A model generated the notes under the pieces. That model did not search any database. It was not told the origin of the DNA and saw only the letters and a program-made list of their open reading frames with translations. From an uncultured bacterium (GTDB lineage Bacteria > UBA8481), in contig CAZCME010000022.1 of NCBI GenBank assembly GCA_964499705.1, positions 61,215 through 81,214 on the forward strand: a stretch of 20,000 nucleotides of DNA, given 5' to 3'. Below are positions 1 through 12,300 of this stretch, one piece after another. Made by a program: the position numbers and the translations under genes. The stretch's first letter is position 1. Each line of letters opens with the position of its first letter.

Positions 1-3000
1 GCGCCGAAAGCGCCGGACACGGTGACGGCGACGGCGGTAGACTCGACACGGATCCGGATCGACTTCACAAACCCGATCGTGACGTCGGAAGAATCCGAGA
101 CGACGATCGGGTTCTCGACGCACCGCGTGTATCGTTCCAACACCGTCGATTCGACGAACTGGATCCTCCGCGGCGCGACGACGTCCGGAATGTACACCGA
201 CTCCGGATTGTCGCAGGGTGCGACTGCCTTCTACCGCGTAACCTCCGTCGACAATCATACGCCGACGGAAAACCAGAGCTTCTACTCCGACTCGATTCCG
301 TCGGCGACGACGGCAACGGCGAGCGTCCTCGCGGCGGCGGCGATGCCGATCGCGGGGCCAATTCATCGCTCGTCTGTGGGACCAACGGACTCGACGATCT
401 TCGCGATCACGATCTCCGGAGCCAATCCCGACACTGTCGCCTCGATCACGCTCGCGCTTCTCGGATCCAACATCCCCGATTCCGACGTGGACACGATTGC
501 GATGTACCGCGACGGTAACCGGAACGGAATTTACGAGTCGAACCAGGACACATTCGTCGCCAATCTCACCGCGGGCGGCAGCAGCAATTTCCTCGCGTCG
601 AACTCCTGCACCATCGCGGGCGTGGACTCTTTCGTATTCACCTTCGCATTCGAAGACACGTCCTTCTTCACCGACACCTTCACTGTTCGCCTGCCGGCCG
701 GAGGCGTCGTCCTCTCGAACGCGGGCACGGGGCCCGGCACACCGATCAACCTCGCAGGGAATTGGACTGTCAACGCGGGGATCGACACGAACGGCGCGAA
801 CAAATGGTATGTCAATGACACGTCCACGTCCGGCGACAGTTTCACGTCCCGCGAAGGCGCGTCCTACTGGTCCGGTCTCTCGTCGCAGACGCCGAAGCGG
901 CACATTCATGAGGTGACGCCGTTCCTGACGTCCGGCGACACGATCATGATCGACGCCGGTTTGTACGAGTCCTACTCGATCATCGTCCTCGGCGTCGAAT
1001 CCGCCGTCATCAAGATCGACACGGACGGTGTCTTCGTCATCGGCAGAGACTCCGCCATGACGATCATCGATCCCGACGGCACGAACAGCACGGTCGGCCT
1101 CTACGGTCTCTACGCCGATACGCAGACGGGCCTCACGATCCGGAATATCGGTTTCACCGGCGCGTGGAACGGCATCAACTTCTACAACGTCGACAGCTCG
1201 GTCATCTCAGGCGACAGCGTTCTCTCTTCGGGCGAGCACGGTATCCTCCTGCAGGAGGGTTCGGACACGAACACGGTCACGGCGACGGTCTCGAGCGGCA
1301 ACAGCCAGCACGGTGTGATGGTGACGACCGCATCGTCGAACAACACGATCACGGCCGGCAAGTTCGCGACCAACAACACCGGCATCCGGCTGAACCCCAA
1401 CACGGGAAACAACACCGTGACGCAGAACACGGTCACGTCTCCGTCCGTCTACGGCATCGATCTCACGACCAGCTCCGGAAACTTCGTCGCCTCGAACACG
1501 GTCATCGGCTCCTCGGTCGACGGAATCATCCTCTCCAGCTCATCCTCGAACAACACGCTCTCCGGCAATTCCGTCGTCGGAAGCATTCAGCATGGCGTTT
1601 ACCTGACGTCCTCGACCGGCAACACGGTGATCAACAACGCGGTGAAGGGCAACGGGCAGCACGGCATCTACCTGTTGTCCGCCTCGAATAACAACATTCT
1701 CGGCAATCTCATCTCCGGAAACACCGGCCGCGGCCTCTTCCTCGATATCAGTTCGAACGTCGTCGCCGAGCGGAACCAGATCGACTCGAATGCGAATTAC
1801 CAGTTCTACATCGACGGCGCATCCGTCTCCGACACGATCCGGAAGAACAACATCCTCGCATCGCCCACGTTCCCCGACTCGCTCGCCTACAGCGGCATCA
1901 CGACAGCGGGAGTGCAGATCGACGTGCAGAGGAACTGGTGGGGCACCGTCGACTCGTCGATCCTGAAGTCGCGGATCTGGGGGCCGAGTCGGGACTCGAT
2001 CGCGTATGTGAGATACCGCCTCGGCTTCGTCGACACGACGCTTTACGCCGACACCGTCGCGCCGGCGCGGCCGGACACTGTCACCGCGACCGCGATCGAC
2101 TCGACGCGCGTGCTCGTCCTGTGGACGTCCGTCCAGACGTCCGAGGAAACCGAGACGTCGTTCGACCTCATGACATACCGCGTCTGGCGCGCGAATTCCC
2201 CCGAGTCGAGCATCTATATACTCCGTGGAACAATCGCGACGCCTTCGTTCACCGATTCCGGCCTCACGCAAGGCCAGACCGCTTACTACCGCGTCACGTC
2301 GATCGACAATCACGTCCCGGAAAACCAGAGCTTCTACTCCGATTCCCAGCCGTCGGCGACGACGGCGACGGCAAGTGTGGCTACGGCGGCGTTGATGCCG
2401 ATCGCGGGGCCGATTCACCGAGCCATCTCTGTCAATCCGGATTCGACGATTTTCGCTTTCAGTGTGTACGGCGCGAATCCCGACACGATCAACGCCGTCG
2501 GCGTCAACCTCCTGGGGAACATGCCGGACTCCGACGTCGACACGATCGCGTTCTATCGTGACGGCAACAAGGATGGACTCTACCAGTCGAACCAGGACAC
2601 ATTCATCTCGAATCTGCCCTTCGTCTCCGGCGTCACCTGGCGCGCCACCGCCCTTTCGGCGGTCCTGTCCGGCGCAGACTCGTTCGTCCTGACGTTCGCA
2701 TTGGAAGATACCGCGAACTTCCGCGACACTTTCACGGTCTCGATCCCCTCCAGCGAGATCACGATGTCCCTGGCGGGCTCGGCTCCACAGACGATGAGCT
2801 CGCCGGATATCTGGCGCGTGAGCGCGGGCGTCGACACGTCGATCGCAAACATCTGGTATGTCAACGACAGCTCAACGACGGGCGATTCGTTCACTGCCGC
2901 GGTCGGAGCGGACTACTACAACGGCCTCACGATCCAGACGCCGTTCCGGACGATCAACGCCGTCGAGCCGTTCCTGACGGCCGGCGACACGATCAAGGTC

Positions 3001-6000
3001 GACGGCGGGTTCTACTACGAGATCGACACGATCTCGATATTGGTGAACGGAATCTTCCTGATCGGAATGGATTCGGTGAACACCGTGATCCGGTTTGATA
3101 CGACCGGCGTGGGTGGAGGGCGCACAATTTACGCGACAGGCCGGACCAATCTGACTTTCCGGAATTTCCGTGTTACCAACGGCTACAACGGAATATGGTG
3201 GGATAACGTCGATCTCTCGACGATAGATCGGGTTCGGGCGGATTCGCATGGTCAGTATGGCGTTTATTTGTTGACGAACAGCGACACGAACTCGCTCATT
3301 GCCAACACCAGTTCGGGCAATTTGGGCTTCGGGATTCACTTTGACGGGTCGAGCAACAACACTCTCACCTCAAACAACAGTTCGGGCAATTTGGGACGCG
3401 GATTTATGTTCACCTTATCGAGCAACAACACTCTCACCTCGAACACCAGTTCGGGCAATTCGAGCTTCGGGATTTATCTCAGCGCGTCGAGCAATAACAC
3501 GCTCACCTCAAATACCAGTTCGGGCAATTTGAGCTACGGGATATTGCTCAGCGGATCGAGCAACAACAACACGCTCACTTCGAACACGAGCTCGGGCAAT
3601 TCGAATTACGGAATTTACCTCAGTTCATCGAGCAACAACCTTGTGAGGCAAAATACCGTTGACTCCAATGCATCCTGGGGTTTCTTCATTGATGGAGCTT
3701 CCGTGACCGACACGTTCTCGAAGAACGTCTGGAAAGGCCCAACGAGCGGTTTGGCTACCGAGTCCTGCGTTTTCATCGACGTCGGTTTGGGACGATTCGA
3801 ATTCAGCCGAAATTGGTGGAATACCACCGATTCGAGCGTAATTCGCAATCGCATCAATCCGGCTTCCCGGGATTCCGTGATATACCTCCCGTTCCGCCTT
3901 GGCATCGTCGATACCGCTCCGCTTGCGGACACGGTCGCACCGAAAGCGCCGGATACGGTGACGGCGGTTGCGCTCGATTCCACGCGCGTGACGATCACAT
4001 GGGCGGCGGTGAGCTTGTCGGAGGAGATCGAGACAGGGCTCGACCTCGGCGGTTACCGCATCTATCGTTCGAATGCGGCCGACTCGACGAACTGGGTGAT
4101 TCGCGGCGGGACTCCGGGTGTTCAGAGCTTCCAGGATTCCGGATTGGCCTCCGGAGCCACTTTCTTCTATCGCGTGACGTCGTTCGACAACCATACGCCG
4201 TACGAGAACCAGAGCTTCTACTCCGACTCGATCACGTCGGCGACGACGCCGGGGCCATCGATCATCTTGACCGACACACCGAACGCCGGTCCGATCCACC
4301 GCGCCGCGCTTGGAGCAGACTCGACCATTCTGGCGATGTCCGTTACCGGCGCGAATCCGGATACGCTCACAAGCGCCACGATCTTCGTCACCGGAAACAT
4401 CGCGAGCACCGACGTCGATACAATTGCTCTCTACCGTGACGGCAACAAAAGCGGCCGCTATGAGCCGAATCAGGACACCTTCATCGGCAACCTGCCCAAT
4501 GCGGGAGGATCTGTCTACACCGGGATCAGCTTCTCGGCGGTCATCAACGGGTCCGACTCTTTCGTCTTTACCATTTCTCTCGAAGATACCGCTTCGTTCG
4601 CGGACACCTTCCAGATCGCTCTTTCCTCCAACAGCGTCGGCCTCGCCAACACCGGCTCCGCCCCGGCAACACAGCTCGATGTCCCGGGCATCTGGACCGT
4701 CAACGCGGGCATCGACACGAGCGGACCAAATGTCTGGTATGTGAACGACAACTCGACATCCGGCGACTCGTTCACCTCTAGTGTCGGAGCGGACTATTTC
4801 AACGGCTTGACGATCCAGACGCCGCGCCGAAACATCACGATGGTGACGCCGTTCCTGACGGCGGGCGACACGATCTACATCGACGCGGGTCTCTTCGATT
4901 CGATCGTCCAGCTCGTGCCGTTCGTCGAGACGGCCGCGATCCATATCGACACGAACGGCATCTTCGTCATCGGCAAGGACTCGCTCTCGACGATCATCGA
5001 TCCTATCGGATCCGTATCGGACGTCGGGCTCTTCGGCATCTACGCGGACACGCAGTCAGGGCTCACGATCCGGAATCTCGGAGTGAGAGGCGCGTGGGAC
5101 GGCATCCATCTCCGCAATGTCGGTAATTCGCTTCTCTTCGGCGATAGCGTGTCCTACAACGGCCAGAACGGTATTTACCTCACCGCGACCAGCGACACGA
5201 ACACGATCGCCAATAACATCTCCAACAGCAATCTCAACGGCATCTATATCTTCAACGCCTCGCGCAACAACACGGTCTCGAATAATCTCGCCAGCGCGAA
5301 CACCGGCAAGGGAATCACCCTGGCGACGACCGCCGACAACAATTTCCTCACGAGCAATAACGCCAGCTCCAATTCGAGCGACGGCATCTACCTGAACGCC
5401 GTCACCGGCAACAGCCTGACGAGCAACACGGCGAACGGCAACGGCGCCTACGGCATCGAGGTCAACAACAGCACGAACAACACCCTCGATACCAACACGG
5501 CCATGTCGAACGCTTCGCACGGCATCATTCTCGCGACAAGCTCCAGCGGCAACACGCTTACGGCGAATGAGGCCAGCGTCAACACGGCCAACTACGGCAT
5601 CTATATCTCCTCTTCGAACAACAATACGCTCCGGAACAACAAGGCCAACGGGAACACGCACGGCATCTATATCTTCTCCAGCTCCGGCATCACGGCCGTC
5701 CACAACAGCGCCGACTCCAACTCCCAGGACGGCTTCCACCTCGACATCGCCACGACGACGACGATCACCAGCAACGACGCGATCAACAACGCGCGATACC
5801 AGGTCTACATCGACGGAGCGTCGGCCACGACCCTCTTCTCGAAGAATAACCTCCTCACGCCGCCCTCCACGCCGGACAGCGCGATCTTCAACAACTCGAC
5901 CTCCGGGTCCCTCTTCACCTCCATCCGAAACTGGTTCGGGACGCGCGACTCATCCTCCGTCAGGAACAAGATATGGGGACCGGCCCGGGATTCGGTGCCG

Positions 6001-6372
6001 TACTCCCCGTACAGGTTGGGCGGCGTGGACACCGCGTCAGGAGCGGACACGACCGCGCCGGACGCGCCGGATACCGTCGTGGCGGTCGGCCTCGGCGAGA
6101 ACCAGATCCGGGTCACGTGGGGAGCGGTCACGACCCAGGAAGAGGTGAACGGCGGAGCGATCGGCTTGGGCGGTTACCGGATCTATCGTTCGACGACGCA
6201 GGAGACGAGCAACTGGGTGCTCCGCGGCGACGTCAGTTCCGGCACGCAGACCTTCGACGATTCGGGACTGGCGTCGTTCGAGAGCCAGTATTACCGGATC
6301 ACGGCATATGACGTTTCCACACCGGAGAACCAGTCGTTCTACTCCGATTCGACCGCGGCGGGAATCACGGCG
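1..6372 (+). repeat. Three supermodules (FN3-like + Ca-loop Ig-like + right-handed beta-helix) starting at 1, 2059 and 3937, plus a fourth FN3-like unit at 6055-6372
   Basis: Each FN3 unit reads APxxPDTV...(Y/H)R(V/I)(Y/W)R...ENQSFYSDS. The Ig-like unit has AGPIHR...GANPDT...DVDTIAxYRDGNxxGxYxxNQDTF. The helix begins WYVNDxSTxGDSFT, has PbH1/NosD-like coils (GIxLxxSSNNTLxxNxxxxN) and ends RNW(W/F)xTxDSS...RDS...RLG. Periods are 2058, 1878 and 2118 bp. Confidence 0.88.
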
Positions 6373-9300
6373 GACACGACGCCGCCGAACGCGTTCACGC
6401 TGATCGCTCCCGCGGTCACCACCGATACGAACATCGTCACGCTGATCTTCTCCTGGAACGCCTCGTCGGACTCGGGCGGCATCAGCGGATACAAGCTCCA
6501 GGTCGACACGGTGCTCTCCTTCTTCACGCCATTCATCGATTCGGCCACCGGCAACGTCACGTCCTGCACGCGGGTATTGCCCGCAAACGACAGCTACTTC
6601 TGGCGAATTATCGCGATCGACAACGCGCTGAATACGACCGTCTCGACGTCCCGCACGCTCCGCGTCGACACGACGCTGCCGACGACCGTGACATTGAACT
6701 CGCCTCCGGCTGGATACGACACGTCGAACCTCTTCAACTTCTTCCAGTGGTCAGCCTCATCCGACAACCTGGGCGGCGTCTATTACCGGTTCCAGATCGA
6801 TACGTCGGGCGTCTTCTCCGCGCCTTTGTACACGGAGGACACGACGGTCACGTCGCTGATCCGCTCCAACCCCGCGAACGATACGTACTATTGGCGCGTC
6901 GTCGCGATCGACAGCGCGACGAACCAGGCGCCGTCGGCCACGCGGATCTTCCGGATCGACACGGCGCCGCCCAGTGCGGCCGCGGTCCCGACTTTGCCAG
7001 CCACCAACTACGATACGAGCGTCACGACGATAACCTTCACATGGAGCGCGGCGGTCGACAGTCAGTCGGGCATCCGGAGATACCGGATCCAGGCGGACAC
7101 GTCCGGCACATTCGCGGCTTCGATCTACGACACGTTCACATCATACGCCGCGAACGATTCCCGAACCTTCGCGGCGAACGATACGTACTACTGGAGAATC
7201 GTCGCGGAAGACTCCGCGGGCAACACGTCCAATTCCGGATCGCGAATCTTCCGGATCGATACGACTCTGCCGTCCGTCGTTGTCCCCATCGTTCCCCCGG
7301 TCACGGCGGACACGAACCTCACCACCGTCCAGTTTGCCTGGAACGCGGCGGCCGATTCGATCTCGGGACTCTCGCATTACAGGATCCAGATCGATACATC
7401 GGGCGTCTACGGCTCTCCCCTCGTCGACTCGATCGTCGCCGGCAGCGTCACGACCTGTTCCCGGACGCTCTCCGCCAACGACACGTATTACTGGCGTGTA
7501 CTGGGCGTCGACACGGCTGGAAACATCAATACCAATTCATTCAATTCCTCCATCCTCCGGATCGACACGACGACGCCGCAAACCTTCGTCACGAACCTGC
7601 CGACAGCCAACTACGACACGAACGTCGCGACGATCGAGTTCTGGTTCAACTCATCCGCCGACTCCATCTCCGGACTCTCGCATTACAGGCTCCAGATCGA
7701 CACGCAGAACACCTTTGCGTCCCTCTACGTCGATTCCGTCGTCGCCGCGACCGTGAACAACTGCTCGCGGACTCTCGCAGTGAACGACACCTACTACTGG
7801 CGAATCGTCGCGGTCGACGCCGCGACGAACACCTTCGCGTCCACGTCCAAGCAATTAAGGATCGATACGACGGGCGTCTCCGCGCCGGGGCTCATGTCGC
7901 CGAGCGCGGGTCATGACACGAACAATACGAACATCACATTCACGTGGGCCGCGTCCACGGCGGTCACCGGCGTCAGCTACTACAGGCTCCAGGTCGACAC
8001 GACTTCCTCATTCGCGACACCATTCATCGATTCGCAGACGCCGCTCACATCCGGCGCACGGGCGCTTCCGGCGAACGACACGTATTTCTGGCGCGTCGTC
8101 GCGGTCGACAACGCCGGAAACACGAACGCCGCGGCGCCGCGCCGCGTCCGCGTCGATACCGCCGGTCCGAACGGAATCGTCACGCTTCTCGCGCCGCTCT
8201 CCAACTCGGACACGCGTCTCACCACGGTCAGTTTCTCCTGGGCGGGAGGCTCCGACGCCTTCACCGGGCTTCTCGGATATCGCCTCCAGGTCGACACCGC
8301 GAACACCTTCGCGACGCCGCTCGTCGACTCCTTCACGCCGCTCACCTCGGGCACGAGAACACTCACGGCAAACGACACGTACTACTGGAGAATCCTCGCG
8401 GTCGACAGCGCCACGAATACGGCGGCGACGTCCTCGGAATTCTTCCGCGTGGATACGGCCCCGCCGACCGCTCCGTCGCTTCTCTCGCCCGCAACCGGGC
8501 ACGATACGAACGTGACGACATTCAGCTTCCTCTGGGGCGCATCCGTCGACAACTTGAACCTGGCGGACTATCGGTTCCAGTTGGCCACGACGGGCACGTT
8601 CGCGTCCATCGTGGCCGACTCGATCTTCACCTCCGTCGGTTGCTCTCAGACGTTTGCGCCAAACGACACGTACTACTGGCGCGTGATCGCGCGCGACTCC
8701 GCAGGCAACGCGGATACTTCCGTCACCCGGTTGTTCCGCGTCGATACGTCGACGCCGTCCGTTGTCGTTCTCGCAACGCCCGCGACGAATTCCGACACGA
8801 ACCTGACGACGATCAACCTCTCCTGGAACGCCGCATCCGATTCGATCTCCGGTCTCCAGAAATACCGGCTCCAGATCGACACCAACGCGATCTTCTCCGC
8901 GCCGATCGTCGATTCAGTCGTCGCGGGAACGGTCACAACGACATCCCGGACGCTGGCCGCGAACGATACCTACTGGTGGAGGATCATCGCGGTCGATACG
9001 GCGACGAACACATCGACCTCCGCTTCAAACATCATCCGGATAGACACGACAACGCCGTCCGTCGTGACGCAGATCTCCCCCGCCAACGGCCTGAATACCT
9101 CCGCCATGGCGATCACCTTCACCTGGAACGCGGCTTCCGATTCGATCTCCGGTGTCCGGAAGTACCGTCTCCAGGTCGATACGCAGAACATATTCTCGGT
9201 TCTTGTCGCCGACAGCTTCACGACAGCCACCAGCCAGGCCGTCACCCTCGCGACGAACGACAGCTACTTCTGGAGGGTGATCACGGAGGATTCCGCCGGC

Positions 9301-12300
9301 AATATGTCCGTGACGGCTTCCTACACGTTCCGGGCGGACAACGGAGCACCGTCCGCGCCGGGGCTTGTCCTGCCGGCCGCCGGTTCTGATACCTCCGTAA
9401 CGTCCATCCTCTTTACGTGGACGGCGTCCGCCGATTCCTCCGGCATCAACGGTTATCGGCTCCAGATCGATACGACGTCCGCCTTCATGGCGCCCTTCAT
9501 CGACTCCTTCACGCCGCTGCTGACCGCGACGCGGTCGGTGCCGGCAAACGACAGCTACTTCTGGCGCGTCATCGCGATCGACAACACGTTGAACACGACG
9601 GCTTCCTCGTTCCGCTCCTTCCGCGAGGACACGACGACGCCCGCGGTCACCGCGTTGATCGCGCCGACAACGGGCCACGACACGAAGAACTCCACGATCA
9701 CGTTCTCCTGGACCTCGTCCTCGGACAGCATCTCCGGGCTCGAGAATCACACGCTCCAGATCGACACCAACCCGGCCTTCTCTTCGCCGATCTTCGTGGC
9801 CGCGGTGGCGCTCGGCACGAGCATGCAGTACGCCGCCGCGCCGAACGACACGTATTACTGGCGCGTCATCGCGCGCGATTCCGCGCAGAACACATCCGTC
9901 TCCGAATCCCGAATCGTACGCATCGATTCCGTGCCGCCTTCAGTTGCTTCGCCGGTGGCGCCGTCCAACGGATTGAACACGTCGGCGCTGACCGTCAACT
10001 TCTCGTGGAGCGCGTCCACGGATACACTGAGCGGCGTCAAGAACTACCGGCTCCAGGTGGACACAGCCAACACCTTCGCCAGTCTCGTCATCGACAGCGT
10101 CACGACATCGACTTCGCAGAGCGTCGCCTTCGCGACGGCCGACAGCTACTACTGGCGGATCGTCACGAACGATTCCGCGACGAATGCGTCCACCTCCTCT
10201 TCCGCGACGTTCCGGATCGACCAGGGCGGTCCGTCGGCGCCGGGACTCCTCGTGCCCGGAGCGAATGAAGATACGAACAACACGACGATCACGTTCACAT
10301 GGGCGGCTGCGTCCGATTCGTCCGGCATCAGCGGTTACCGGATCCAGATCGACACCTCGTCCTCCTTCACAGCGCCGCTCGTCGATTCCTTCACGCCGCT
10401 CCTGACCGCGTCGTTCACGAAGCCGGCGAACGATTCGTACTATTGGCGTGTCGTCGCGATCGACAATTCCGGAAACACGACCGCCGCCACGGCGAGGCTC
10501 TTCCGGATCGACACGACGACACCGACGGCGGTGACGCAACTGCTTCCGCCGGACAATTACGACACGAACGCGATCACCAATCTGACGCTTACATGGACCG
10601 GCGCGAGCGACTCGATCTCCGGCGTCCGGCACTATCGGATCCAGATCGACACGTCGAATGCGTTCGCGACTCCGCCTGTCGATTCAACGACGCCGAACAC
10701 GTATTTCATCACCGGGTATCCCGCGAAGAACGACACTTATTACTGGCGGATCATCACGGTCGACTCGGCATCGAACGCGACGACCGGCGCGATGCGTCAC
10801 TTCCGCTTCGATACGTCGACTCCGGCCGCATTCTCGTTGACGTCGCCCGGCCCCATCCTCGACACGACCGCCACGACGGTCACGTTCACATGGTCGTCCT
10901 CGGCGGATTCCATCAGCGGCCTGGCCGGATACAGATTCCTGATGACTGGCGGAGGAGCCTTCGGCCTTGACACGACAATTCAGACGACGACGATCACGCT
11001 CTTACTGCCGGCTAACGACACGTACTCGTGGCAGGTAAACGCAACGGACTCGGCAACGAACGTGACGATCGCCGGGCCGAGGACGGTCCGGATCGATACG
11101 GTCGCTCCCTCGGCCGCGGCACTGACGGGACCGACGGCGAACCAGAACCTGAACGTGCCGAGTGTCCTCTTCTCGTGGTCGGGCGCATCCGACAGCGTCG
11201 GCGTCGCCTCCTACAAGCTCCAGGTGGACACTGCCGGAACGTTTGTTGCCTCCTTCTACGAATCGACCGTGGCAGCATCGCAGACGACACTCATCCGGAC
11301 GCTGCCGGCAAACGACTCTTATTTCGCGCGCGTCATCACATTCGACTCGGCCGGCAACAGCACGAATGGCTCGTCCGTCTTCTTCCGCATCGACACGCAG
11401 GCGCCCGTCAAGCCGACGCTCACGGCGCCGAACGACGGCATCGAGACGAACGAGCTCTCCGTGACGTTCTCCTGGACGGCGTCGACGGACACGGTTTCCG
11501 GCTTCGCCGGGTACCGGCTCCAGGTGGACACGGTCGGCAACTTCGCGTTCCCGATGTTCGATTCGCCGACGAGCGCCACATCGATCACTGCTTCACTTCA
11601 TGCCAACGATACCTTCACATGGCGTGTCCGCGCCGCGGACTCCGCGGGTAACGTCGCAATCTCCGACACGCGCTACTTCGTCATCGACACCGGCACGCAG
11701 CCCGCCGTCGTCAGGCTCCACCCGACACTTCCCGCCGGCGCGAACATCAACCCGGTCGGAGTCGATCTCACATCGATCGCGTCGATATCCGTCTCGGGCG
11801 ATACGACGGATTCGCTGAACGTCTTCTCCGTCGAGCTTCAGGGATCCGCGGGCGCGGCCAACAAGATCCAGAACCTCTACCTCTATCGCGACGTCAACCG
11901 CGACGCGACCCTCGATACCTCCGTCGATTCGCTCGTCTGCTCACTCTCGAATACGTCCTCGCAGTTGTACGCCGCGCCGCAGGGGCTCGGCTTCGTCTTC
12001 ACGAACGGCGAATCCATGATCGTCGCCGTCCGGTTCCGCGACACGACGCCGGTCGGCGACACCGTGAACCTGAAGCTGAACGCGAACACGGTGAAGACCG
12101 GCGCCCGAGACACCGCACCGTCCATTCCGCTGTTCGCCGCGGGAACATTCACCATCAGCTACGTCGCATCGACGATTGTCACCGTCGAGCAAGCCTCTCC
12201 CGTCAACGGCTCGATCACGGCGGTCGGCGCCGATCAGACCGTCATCATGGCGCTGACCGTCGGAGGCTCTTCCGCGGGCGACACGCTGACGCAGTTCCGC

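Noticed and set aside
22-24. GTG at 22 as the start of the giant gene
   Set aside because: The frame is open upstream to base 1, the codon lies in a repeated internal motif, and no signal peptide follows.
3304-3651. CRISPR array or DGR template/variable repeat
   Set aside because: The repeats are in-frame coding coils with related rather than unique spacers. Differences are not adenine-specific, and no cas or reverse transcriptase gene is in the window.
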